DNA of 62,075 bases, filler included. It is 15 parts of 15 records of this genome, joined end to end, with 100 filler letters (N's around TTAATTAATTAA, not from the genome) between each part and the next. Parts side by side here need not be neighbours in the genome. Positions count along the whole stretch, not along the records: positions 7,955 to 11,028 come from SRR7504441_10992; positions 11,129 to 15,812 come from SRR7504441_10996; positions 15,913 to 19,691 come from SRR7504441_10997; positions 19,792 to 25,144 come from SRR7504441_11022; 11 more parts are not named here. One strand, given 5' to 3'. The stretch's first letter is position 1. Each line of letters opens with the position of its first letter. The translations under genes were made by a program, and so were the position numbers. Below, piece by piece: positions 9,917 to 21,536 of the stretch. The notes beneath the pieces are model-generated. The model was not told the origin of the DNA and did no database searches. It worked only from the letters and a program-made list of their open reading frames with translations.

Positions 9917-11028
9917 TCAGATCAGCATGTCGCCCTTCTCGTGAAAGTGCAAATCAAACAGCCGATGCACCTGACAAAAAGTCCGTTAATCTCCGTCGAA
10001 ACCCCGCCGCACACCACGGCGTGCAGTGCGCTGTCGAAGCCGTCCAAGAACTCCTGCTTGGTCACCACTTGGTCGCCGTCCGCGTCCAACTTTAGCATGA
10101 AAAAGTCGGTTAGCTGGCTCTTCACTTCGGTCTGCACAAAGTTGTTGTTCACCACCTGAAAACACCAAGAAAGTCCGTTAAAGTCTGTTGGTTTCTGTTA
10201 AAATAACCGCGCTCCGGAGCACTTGCTCGCGCTCGGCGGGTGAGAACGGCCAGTCGGCGATGATGTGCTGAAGCCCGTTGGCAAGAAACCGGTTCATGAA
10301 CCTGCGACCACCGGCATAATAATCAAATACTATATCTAATAATAATAATAATCAATTGATATTAATATAATCACCGGAGCGCCTCGTCGGAGCCCATAAC
10401 GCCGTCCTTGTTGGCGTCGTATTTCTTCCAAAGACCTTCCTTGAGCGCCGCACTCTCCTGTACAACCCCGCGCGCTCAGCTAATAACAATAACTACTACT
10501 ATTTACTATCATTAATCAATTAAATAAACCCACCTTGATCCATGCAGTGGCCGTGCCCATGTACTCCCCCGCCGGTTTCTTCGTCGCCGTGGCCTTCTCC
10601 GGCGCCGGCTCCTCCAGCGCCGCCGCCACCGACGCCATCGCCGCCGCCACCGCCGCCGGCCCGTCCGACGGGGCAGACGCCGCCGCCGGCTTGGGCTCCT
10701 TCAGGTGCTCTCGCTCAGGATCATTCATCGCCTGAAAAACGTCCGTTAACGTCCGTTAAAATCCGTTAAACAGCCCACCTTGAGTTTAGTCAGCCGCTTC
10801 TCTCTCTCAGCGTCGGAGGCTTCAATGTCCTCCTTCAGCTTGGCCACGCGGGCGGCCTCGGCCTCCGCGTCCTTGTGCGCCTTCCACTCCGCATCCTCCT
10901 TCGCCGCTCGCGCCGCCAGCTCGGCCGCCGCCGCCTCCGCCTGCCGCTTCTTGAGCTGAGCGGCCTCGAGCGCGGCTTTCTCGGCATCGGCCGCCTTTTG
11001 CTGCTTGGAGGCCGCGTGCAGCTCGGCC
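9917..11028 (-). CDS. EF-hand protein with an Ala/Glu/Lys coiled-coil N-terminal part (5'-truncated); 5 introns
   Basis: EF loops DANKDGVMGSDE and DADGDQVVTKQE. GT-AG introns at 10732-10778, 10458-10533, 10302-10374, 10156-10207 and 9971-10014 restore the frame; ends GDMLI*. Confidence 0.8.
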
Positions 11029-11128
11029 NNNNNNNNNNNNNNNNNNNNNNNNNNNNNNNNNNNNNNNNNNNNTTAATTAATTAANNNNNNNNNNNNNNNN
11101 NNNNNNNNNNNNNNNNNNNNNNNNNNNN

Positions 11129-14100
11129 GATACGGATCAAGATCAGGAATCTGATGAAAAAGAAGGCTGAGCGCAAGCAGAAGGCGACACCGGCTCCAAG
11201 CATAGCGCCTACTGCCATCCCGACTGTGGTACCAACAGCCCAGCCCTCCTCAACCCCGACTTCTGCAGCCCCAACAGTTGACCAGGCAAGCATTGAAAGA
11301 AAGAAGAAAAAGGACGTTGACGAGGCTGCAGCGAAGAAAGAGGCAACTCTTGAAACAAAAACAAAGGAGGGTGAGCAAAAGGAGGCTAAACAAAAAGCCC
11401 AAGAGCGCAAGCCGAAGGAGAAAGTCGAGAAGAATAGGCGTAAACAAGCTGTAGAGACGCAAAATAAAGAGGCAGATGAGAAGAAGCTTGAGCGGCTCGA
11501 GAGCAAGAAGAAACGCACTAAGGAGATCAATGAGAAAGCCAAGCAAAAGGTTGATGAGAAGAAGCACAAGATGGAAGAGAAGAAGGAAAAAATCACAAAG
11601 GTGATGAAGCGGAAGGCGATGCGCCTGCAGAAGGAGGCAAAAGAAAAGGCAGACGAACGAACCCCAAAGAAGGAGGGCGAAGAGAAAGCTGAACGAAAGA
11701 AGAAACGGGCCATTGAGGAGGCTGCAGCCAAGAAGCAGGCAGCGTTGGAGAAGCAGAGCAAGGAGGACGAGCAGAAAGAGACTGCACAAGCTGATCAGGA
11801 AAGCCGCGCGAAGGAAACAACAAAGAAAACACAGGAAAAGCAGGCTCAAGAGCGAAATGCAAAAGATCAAGTCGAAATCCAGGGGCAAAACTTGAAGCTC
11901 CAAGAAGAGAAATTGAAGAGCTCACAGCCTGTGACACCAGTCACCAAGAACGAGTATGACAAGGCACTCCAACTTCAGCGTGAAATGGCAGAGAAGCAGC
12001 AAGCAGCGGAGGCAAAGCAAAAGAAGCGCGAGGACCTCGACGCGAAGCGCATGTTGTCTTTAGAGAAGAATGGGAAAGCTCAGATGCAAGCAAAGGAGAA
12101 GAAAGACAAGCTAGCAGTGATCAGAATCAAAATGATGAAGATAGAGAATGACAGGAAAGAGCGCAAGGAGAAATGGTCCGAGCGCAGTCCTAAGAAGGAA
12201 AGCACTCGTAAGGCACTGGAGAAAAGGCTCACTGCAATGCAGAAGAGTTCTGCGGAGGAGCAGGCTGCCTTGATGAAGCTGTCTAAAGAGGCAAAGAAGG
12301 AGGAGGAGCAAGCTGTGCAGAGGCAGCGACAGGCTGCTGCTGTGGTACGTGAGGCGGAGGGTCGTGAAGCTGCAAGCAAAGAAGAGGCTAAGAACCAAGC
12401 TGTGGAAGGCCGGCGAAAGACTCAGCGACGGCAAGCACACGAAAAGAAGGTAAAAGATACAGTGCAAGAAGCGCGGGAACAAGCTAGGGAGAAGCAGAAG
12501 AAATACGAGTGGATTCAGTTCAAGCTCAGGCATCAGCAGGTCGAGGACGATGCAAAGGTCGAGCAAGGCAAAATTCGAAATGACAAGCTGCGAGAACAAG
12601 CCAAGGCTATGGAGAATTCGCTCAAATTTTCACAAAACAAAGTCTCCAAGTGGGAGTCAACAGCGTCAAAATATTCTCAAAGAGAAGCAGCTTATAAGCA
12701 AAAGATTGCTATATCGACCGCCGCTTCACAGAAGCAGGAGGTTGAGACAAAACTTGCCGAAAATACAGCTCACGAGACCCGAGCTAAGGCTCAGGCCGGG
12801 AGCTCCATGACCAAAATGCTAGTAGCAGCCCAGGCACGAGAGGCTATGCGGTTGCGGCAGAAGGAAGGAGCACTCAAACAGAAGCTGGCGTCCTTGTCAA
12901 GGAAACAGTACCGTGAGAAAGGTGCCAAGAAAGAAGCAAAGACAGAAGAGCAATGCGGCATAAGCAAAGGACGGGTGACTGCTATTCTCAGTGGAAAGAT
13001 TGTGTCAGGAGATAGCGACAGCAAATTCATCAAGGAGCTGAAGGTCGGCTATGAAGTGACAATTGCTGGGCAGCAATTCATTGTGACCGCTATCGAGTCT
13101 GAACAGACGTTCCGAATCAACTGTAAATTTGATGGCGATATCAGTGAACCTCAGATCATGAGGTATTGTAAGCGTCAGGCAGTCCTACCAAAGGTGGAGA
13201 TCCCAGAAGGCTTTGTCCAGATGGGTGACGCTGTTACCCGCACAATGACTTCTCGTCATGGCTGCACTGCAAGATTTTCAGTAGTGACTGCAAGCTGCGA
13301 TCAGGCTCCAATGAAGGGCGATTACTTTTGTGGGTGCAAAAAGGGCGGCTTGATCGCGCTCACTGCGAGCAGTGTCCGCACTGCCCATATTCCTGAATGC
13401 ACTTCTTGGTACTCTCACGCACTAGAGGTGCAAGAAGCTGAGAAAGTCAAAGCACTGCAGGGCCTGGCTCAGTTCTCAGCTGGCTGGGCTGAAACTTGTC
13501 TGGTGGGAAATTCCACTGAAAAGGAATTCAACAAAGAGCTTCCAGAACCCAACCGATGGTTACATGGAATGCGAAACCTGACCAATGGCTACATGTATGA
13601 CTGGGCACAGAAGCCGGTTCAATTGCCATATAAACACGAGGACAATGGCAAATTGATATGCCAATCGAATTTCGTTGTTGGAGTGGCTGTTTGCAATGCA
13701 AAGAAGCTTATGGAGAATAACACAGCATTGATTGGTGGTTTGAGCAGCGTGTTCCAGGGCTGTAAGGGCAAGCTGATGACATCAGAGCTCTATGGACAGA
13801 TTGTGTACATGCAGAATCAGCAGCCTCAGACCCAGCGGCTGTGTCTCCGTAAACACACTGAGTGGGCAAACGAGGCAGCCAAAGCCCAGAAACGGGTCTC
13901 AGAGACCTTGCAGACTGTGCTTGGCAAAATGACAAACTTGACTGAACCTGTATGTGAAGTGCATACAGTCAGTCAGAAGGATGCGAGGCTACTGGCTCAT
14001 GAAGTCAAGGAGCAAAGCGACAAGACTCAGGCTACTCTGAAGCATTACAGGGACCGCTCAGAAGCCCTTTCACTTGAGCTGGAAAGTCTGAGGAAAAAGC

Positions 14101-15701
14101 GATCGGTTGGTGAAAAGAAAATCAACCAGGAAATTCAAAAACAAAAGGCAAACGAGGCTCAGGAAAAGGACAAGCTAGAATCGACTGATCGATTTGAAAA
14201 GCCAGGTGAGGCTCATGCAATGCTACAAGCACAGGAGAAAGAGGCAAAGCAGTACCAAGTCCAGCTCACAGCAGTGCAAGATAAAGCAATGCGTGCAAAT
14301 GAGAATAAAATGCGCGAGCGGTTAGAGCACGTACAGAAGCTGCTGGTCAAGACAAAGGACATAGAAGCAGAAAAGAGAACAGTCTCTGAGAAGGAGAAGA
14401 AGAAGATCGAAAAGACAAAGATCACCGAGATTGAGGCTCAGGTCGACAAGATGGAAGATGAGGAGTGTACTGAGCAAAAAGTCGAGAAGGGTGTCTCAAA
14501 GGACATCAAGGCGCAGAAACAACGATTGAAGGGTACGATAAGAGCTGCGCAGCAGATGGAAGACGAGAAGGAGCAACAACATTCACAGTTCCAAGCGACG
14601 CTGACAAAGGAAAAGACTGATGCTGAAAAGGAGGCAAGAACCGAGAAGCGCAAATTTGAAGAGAAGCAGCACGAGCTGAGCCAGGCGAAGATTGCAATTC
14701 GTAAGGACTCGGAGAAGCAAAAGAGGGACAGTAAAGTGGAAATGGATAAAGCAGTGTCGCAAGCTAGGACCGAAGGAGCGCAAGAAGCCCAGCATCAGTC
14801 TGAGCAGCTGCTGGTAAAGCAGGAGAGAAACACCAAGAAGATGGAGAAGGAGATGATGGCTTCTCAACAAGTGTCCATCCAGCAGGCTGAGCTTAAGATG
14901 CAGCGCGAGATGCTGAACGAGAAGAAGAAGCTGGAGGCACTCCTAGTCAAGAAGGAGCAGGGCAATTCCAGTGCTGAGACGGATGCTAAGATTGCCCAGC
15001 TGCAGAAATTAGTGACTTCAACAGAGGAGCAGAATACTGTCGAGGCCGAGCTGAGCCGCACTCTAAAGCAGAAGGAAGCAGGGGTGAAGCAAGTAGAATT
15101 AAAGGCTCTTGCGATCAACAAACAGACTCTACAGTCTCTTGAACGTGATGAGCGCAAGAAGAAGAGCCGGCACCCAATCGAGCGCGCCGAACGGGCTGAG
15201 CAAGGGTACAGAGCCGCCGAGAATAAGGAGAATAGTAACAAGGCGAATCTCCCGGAGGTGAAGGTGAAGACGCAGGAGGTAACAGCCAAGCGTGGTGAGC
15301 TGTCCCGGCGAGCCAAGGGTCGTGTGGAAAGCATCAGCCAGGAGGAGGAGGAGTCCAAAGTCAAGCTGGAGCAGGCGGCTCGGACCCAGGCTCTTACCGA
15401 CGAGCAGCTCCAAAAGGAAAAAGCCAAGAATAGATTGCTGCGACACCAGCAGCAGAGGACAGCTGAGTTGAAGCTGGACAGCGAGCAAGGTGTTGCCAAG
15501 GTGATCCAACAGTTGCATGCCCTGCGCGGACATCTGAACTCGAGGAACACGACAGCAGAGGCGCTCGCACGTGGCGAAGCGATCTTGGAACACAATCGGA
15601 AGCATGTCACTTTGAATCACACAGGAAGACACCCGGATGACCGACTTGAGATCCGCCACGACAACGATAATAATTATAATAATAACCAAGATAACATTTA
15701 A
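11129..15701 (+). CDS. Giant intronless K/E/Q-rich coiled-coil protein with a PT-rich linker and central Cys-rich domain (5'-truncated)
   Basis: Uninterrupted ORF of more than 1515 aa with a strong purine bias on the coding strand. Confidence 0.85.
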
Positions 15702-16025
15702 GTCTGTCACAATGTCATGATTGTGGCAGACGCTCTAAAACACGTGTTAATTAAATAAAGCATGGTGAACTATCATACACGCTGTATTTTGTCCTATTAG
15801 AGTACCTACTATNNNNNNNNNNNNNNNNNNNNNNNNNNNNNNNNNNNNNNNNNNNNTTAATTAATTAANNNNNNNNNNNNNNNNNNNNNNNNNNNNNNNN
15901 NNNNNNNNNNNNCTCTGAAGCTGGCACCTTATGAAATTTAAGGTTTCTTGGACATAGCTACCGTAATTTATCTGACGCCCGTGGTCCCGCACGATCGTGG
16001 GCGCGGGGACAACCAGCAGATCTAG

Positions 16026-19000
16026 ATGAAGAAGAAGGTGGACTCGCGGGTGCGGGTGCTGCTGGAGAACGGGACCAAGACCGGGCACCGGACCATGTTC
16101 CTGATGGTAGGCGACCACGGCAAGGACCAGGTCGTGAACCTCCACTACATCCTGTCCAAAGCCAGCGTACGCACCCGCCCGTCGGTGCTTTGGTGTTACA
16201 AGAACGACCTCGGATTCAGCAGTCACCGAAAGAAGCGGGTTAAGCAAATTAAAAAGCTCCAGCAGCGCGGGATGCTGGACCCCGAGAAGGATGACCCGTT
16301 CGAGCTGTTTGTGGCTTCGACCAAGATCAGGTATTGCTATTACAAGGACACCCAGAAGGTGCTCGGCAACACGTACGGGATGCTGGTACTGCAGGACTTT
16401 GAGGCGCTCACCCCCAATATCCTGGCCCGGACCATCGAGACAGTGCAGGGCGGCGGGGCCATCATCTTTCTGCTAAAGACGATGGGTTCGCTCAAGCAGC
16501 TGTACACCATGGCCATGGACGTGCACAGCCGATTCCGCACCGAGGCGCATCAAGACGTTGTGGCCCGGTTCAATGAGCGATTTATCCTGTCGCTAGCCTC
16601 ATGCTCCAACTGCCTCGCTCTCGATGACGAGCTCAACATTTTGCCAATCACTGACCAGATCCAGCGGATCAGGCCAGTCCATGGACTGGTCGCCACCCCA
16701 GATGGGTCGGTCCACTTGACCGCCCGCCAGCAGGAGCTAATCGAGCTCAAGCAAACGCTCAAGGATACCCAGCCGATCGGATGCCTCGTGGAGACCACGA
16801 GGACGGTGGACCAAGCCCGCGCCCTGCTCACCTTCACGGAGGCAATATCGGAGAAGACCCTCCGGTCCACAGTGGCGCTCACCGCCGCGCGCGGACGTGG
16901 CAAATCGGCTGCGCTCGGAATCGCAATCTCATCAGCGGTGGCGTTCGGCTACTCCAACATTTTCGTGACCTCTCCGTCTCCCGAGAATCTCAACACTCTG
17001 TTCGAGTTTGTGCTTAACGGACTGGAAGCACTCCAGTATAAGCGGCACATGGACTACGAAGCGATAGAGTCCACCAACCCGGACTTCAACCGGGCAATTG
17101 TGAGAGTGAATATATTCCGTGACCACAGGCAAACAATCCAGTATATCATGCCACAGGACCACGCCAAGCTGGCTCAGGTGACCGCTCTGCAGCTGTCCGT
17201 TGACCGCCGGCAGGCCGAGCTCGTGGTGATTGATGAGGCTGCAGCCATCCCACTCCCGCTAGTCAAATGCCTTCTTGGGCCTTACCTTGTCTTCCTTTCA
17301 AGCACAATCAACGGCTACGAGGGCACAGGACGCTCGCTCTCGCTCAAACTGATACAGTCGCTCCGGCTGCAGTCGGGCGCCGGGTCCAACGCCCGCACCC
17401 TCCGCGAAGTGTCACTGGATGAGCCTATCAGGTTGTGTTGGCTGGCCATTGCTCAGCCAGGGAGACAGGTACGCTCAGGATGACCCAGTTGAAGCTTGGC
17501 TTAACCACCTGTTGTGTTTGGACGCTTCAGCCACCTCGATCACTGGTGGCTGCCCGTGTCTGCTCTTTACGAGTGTGTGCTCAGCCTCACATTGCCCACC
17601 TCCCTCCCAGTGTGAGCTGTATCACGTCAACAGGGACACACTCTTCTCCTATCACAAGGCAGCCACTGCGTGCTCGACAGACTAACTGGGCGGTGCCAGG
17701 CCTCTGATCTGTTTCTAGCCCGGATCATGGCGCTGTATGTGGCCTCGCACTATCGGAACACGCCAAATGACTTGCAGGTCCCTCTCGCCTCCCGGCTGCG
17801 TCAAACATTGGGCAGATGATGTCGGACGCACCAGCGCATCAGCTCTTCACGCTTCTGGGGCCTGTAGAGCCCGGCTCGAGCTCGCTCCCCGACATTCTCT
17901 GCGTGATGCAGGTGGCAGTGCGCATCAAACCGGCTTGACAGTCATTGGTGAAGGTGTGCTTTGAGGGAGAAATCTCAAAGGAGAGTGTCAGAAAGCAATT
18001 AGCCCGTGGCCAGCGGGCCGCGGGCGATTTAATCCCGTGGACATTAGCACAGCAGTACCTAGATAACGAATTTGCACATCTATCTGGAGTGCGGATTGTT
18101 AGGATTGCCACTCACCCAGACATGACACGAATGGGGTGCTTCGAGCGCTCAAAGCTGGTCTGACTAAAGCTTGCTGCCTGCAGCTACGGTTCGCGGGCGA
18201 TTGAGCTGCTCACTCAATACTTCGAGGGTCAGTTTGGTAACCTTGCCTCTCCAGGCCCAAATCCATCAGCTGCAAAAGATAACTCTGAGGAGAACCAAGG
18301 GCTGAGGCACGAGAAGCTCCGACCCCGGGCTAAAGTGCAGCAGCTACTCACTAGGTTCGTCCGCTGGGGTGATAGCTGGCGCCTCATGGCTGTGCAGGCT
18401 GTCGGAGAGGCCAGCAGAGAGGCTGCACTGGATGGGCGTTTCATACGGCGTGACAGAGCAGCTTTACGGGTTCTGGCAGCGCGCAGGCTACACTCCTCTC
18501 TATGTGCGACAGACAAGCAACGAGCTGACTGGTGAGCACACATGCATCATGCTCCGAGCCATCCAGACCGACCAGGTACTGGCACACGCCAGCTGTTGGA
18601 GCAACCATCTGCAGGTTGAGTCTGGTTGGCTTGGTCGTCTATTCAGTGACTTCCGCAAGCGCTGGATGGTGCTGCTTGGGTGATCTGAATAGCAGCTCGT
18701 ATTACATGCTTGGCGCAGGTTTGAGTTCCGAGACTTCCCTGTGGCCCTGGCACTGGAGATGCTCAAGAATTCTGGCACTAGCCCCTATCAACGGCGGGTG
18801 ACCACTTGTTGTAGTTGGACCACGCGATGAACCTGTTGGGGACGAATTGTCGGATTCAGAGCTCAACTTTTGGTTCTCGCCGTATGACCTCAAACGCCTC
18901 GAGTCATATGCCAACAATCTAGTGGACTACCACATGATCATTGATCTCGTTCCAGCACTTGCGCGGATTTACTTTGAGCACAAGGTGCCATCAGTGGTAC

Positions 19001-19588
19001 TGTCGCAAGCACAGGCGGCAATTTTGTGCTTGCTCGGGCTCCAGCACCAGACAATGGAACGCAGAAGCGGTGCGCTTTTGGAATGCTGCCCTTTTGGAGC
19101 CAGCTGGGACTGTCAGGTGAGTTGACCCAGCTCAAGGACAATCAGTTCCTTGCGCTGTTCAACAAGGCTGTTCGCAAGCTATGTGAGTTCTTCAGAGCCA
19201 AAGCCGAGGCTCGGGCTGGCTCTCAGCTCGATGCTAAGAGGAGTGGTACCAGTAGGATTCTCGAGAGAGTTTCTGTGCCTGCGCTTGAGGCTCAACTAAG
19301 AGCTGGTGCAATTGAGGTACATTCAGCTCAGCGCGTGCGGCTAACAAGGCGTCACAGGTAGGTTCAGAGATTAAGGAGATGCAGCAAAAGATGATCCAAG
19401 ACCTTGACCTAGCACAATTTGCGATCGAAGGTGATGACAGCGCCTGGCAGGATGCCGTCAGTAGCAACAAAGGAGTGCCTGGATCGGTCTCTGTGAAGAG
19501 CAAACCTGGAAAGCACAAGCGCAGTAGTAGTGACTTAGCTGGGATGCGGGGATCTAATGAACGAGAGAGGAACAAGAAGAGATCTTAA
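16026..19588 (+). CDS. NAT10: RNA cytidine acetyltransferase NAT10/KRE33; 13 introns
   Basis: MKKKVDSRVRVLLENG, LGFSSHRKKR, TAARGRGKSAALG, IDEAAAIP, GYEGTGRSLSLKL, RIVRIATHPD, GYGSRA. Introns at 17178-17213, 17432-17468, 17546-17584, 17659-17699 (GC), 17778-17815, 17912-17953, 18136-18183, 18355-18397, 18576-18614, 18680-18718, 18775-18814 (GC), 19070-19116 and 19317-19357. Confidence 0.97.
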
Positions 19589-19908
19589 ACATAGATGTGT
19601 ATAAGATGTGTAACTCGGAAACTCGGAAAACTCGGCCGAGTTCGGTCCTTGGGGGTCTAACCAGTGATTCCACGATCATGAGAAATTAAGTNNNNNNNNN
19701 NNNNNNNNNNNNNNNNNNNNNNNNNNNNNNNNNNNTTAATTAATTAANNNNNNNNNNNNNNNNNNNNNNNNNNNNNNNNNNNNNNNNNNNNCTCTTACAC
19801 GAGCTCAATGGCTCGTTGATTGCTTGCGAGTCAGTAAACGCGCATTTCTAATGTGGGCCTTAGGCCCCCGACTTCCTAATAAATGTACTTATTACTCGTA
19901 TGATTGTA

Positions 19909-21354
19909 TCAAAATGACAAAGCAATGCCAGAACATAAGGCTTGCCCTCCATTGCCTCCATCAAGGCGATTCATGAGCTTGCAATTTGTCTTGATACTTG
20001 CTATTAAGTCGCTTTCAACGTGTTGGCAAGTTGTGCCATCGCTGGTAGTTTCAGAGGTGGAACCCGTGGCCACCGCAAGAATGCAAGTGGCACCTGCACT
20101 CCACAGTTCTGGTTTGTATGGACAGATGACCTTGGGTTGTATTTCTTTTTCGACCTTGCATGCCTGCATACCATCTTTTGCAGTGCACTTCACCTGCTTC
20201 TGCGCTTGGCACACAACAAACTCCTGCGAGTTTGCAAAGGCCAACTGATTGCAACCCTGCGCTAACCTGCCAGTTGATGACACTCAGATCGAGCGCATCT
20301 CTCATTTTACCTGGAGCCACTCTGAGTCCCTAGGTTGCCGGAACGGTTTCCATCCGCGACGCTCTTCCTTGGAGAGGCGGCGGCGGGACCCCAATTCCTT
20401 GACAGAGGTGCAGCGCATGCCGACTGTTCTTTCTACGCCCGGAGCCCGTTTGGAGCCAGGGTCGTCTGGAGAGACCTTCACCGCGGTGCACTTTGAACCT
20501 GGCATGCCTTTCACGGCCTGCTTTGTTGACTTATAAGTTCCACCACCCCAACAGAAGAGCTTGTACTTTGCATCAATGGCACAACTGTGTTGTACACCTA
20601 CACTCACCTGCATGCAACAGACTGAATCACCAATCAGGATCTTGCATCCACCTCTTGCCATTTTCTTCCACTCTTGCTTCTTGATTCACACCCCCGGACT
20701 TGTTCTTCCTCTCTGTGCTTTGAACCGCCCTCCCCCAACCCCCAGTAATCGCATTTTCCGTCAGGTAAACCAGAAACTTTGAAAAACTTGTCGTTGCCCC
20801 AGCAGTGTAGTTTCTGATCAATGTCAAGACCACAGTTGTGATTTTGACCCGCATTAATCTGCACACCCACACCATTTCTTCAAGTTCTGCCAGTATCCCT
20901 GCATGCTCACCATGCGAAACTTGACAGGAGGGGACAGTTGAGACAGTTTGGACAGCCCTCGCGTTCCCTGGTAGTTGTTGTCAAGTCCAAAGCAGGCTGC
21001 CGAGACGCCAGTCCATGCTGTCACGCATGTGTGCCTTCCACCAGCGCTCACCTACAGTTGGCCCAACCTTTGCCGCATCGGCGCCTTGAAAGATGACTCC
21101 ATGGTGCGCCGTTTTCTGTGCACGTAGTAAACGTTGAACCTTCCCGCAGTATAGATGGGCCTCGGAGGCCGCAGGCGTTTTCCCCGACCGCCCTTGCCGC
21201 CCTTGCCGCCCCTGCCGCCTTGCAGTTGATTGCTGCTAACTACGTCGGCCTGGAGCTCCGCCCGTCCTCTGACCCCACTGATGCTGCCCACGCCATAGCA
21301 AGTCCCTGCGACGCTTAGGAGGATGCCCCATGACAACAGAAGCCGGATCCCCAT
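19909..21354 (-). CDS. Secreted RCC1/BLIP-II-like repeat protein
   Basis: Signal peptide MGIRLLLSWGILLSVAG; repeats VSAGGRHTC, INAGQNHNC...LHCWG and VSVGVQHSC...LFCWG. Introns at 21052-21084 (donor uncertain), 20859-20910, 20608-20651 and 20267-20310. The last exon structure is unresolved. Confidence 0.72.
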
Positions 21355-21481
21355 TGCGGGCACTGGTGAGATGCCCCGCCACAGCCGCGCTAGGGCGGCG
21401 TCCCCAGATGCAACCTCAGGCTTGTTGGGGAGTCAGCAAAGTTTTTAACGGCAAAGAACCGGCTGAGCTCCAGTGTTCCCG

Positions 21482-21533
21482 AACACTGCCGCTTTGACAC
21501 CACCACCAACACTGCCGCTTTGACACCACCACC
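21482..21533 (+). repeat. Perfect 26-bp tandem duplication just upstream of the sulfatase ATG
   Basis: aacactgccgctttgacaccaccacc x2, then aacATG. Confidence 0.93.
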
Positions 21534-21536
21534 AAC

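Noticed and set aside
17178-19357. Mini-introns as a transposon-derived introner family
   Set aside because: Outside contig 7955-11028 I saw no shared sequence, terminal inverted repeats or consistent target duplication. An all-versus-all alignment could overturn this.
17432-19361. Fragmented ORFs as pseudogenes or programmed frameshifts
   Set aside because: Every break is repaired by a roughly 40-nt GY-AG intron that restores conserved motifs.
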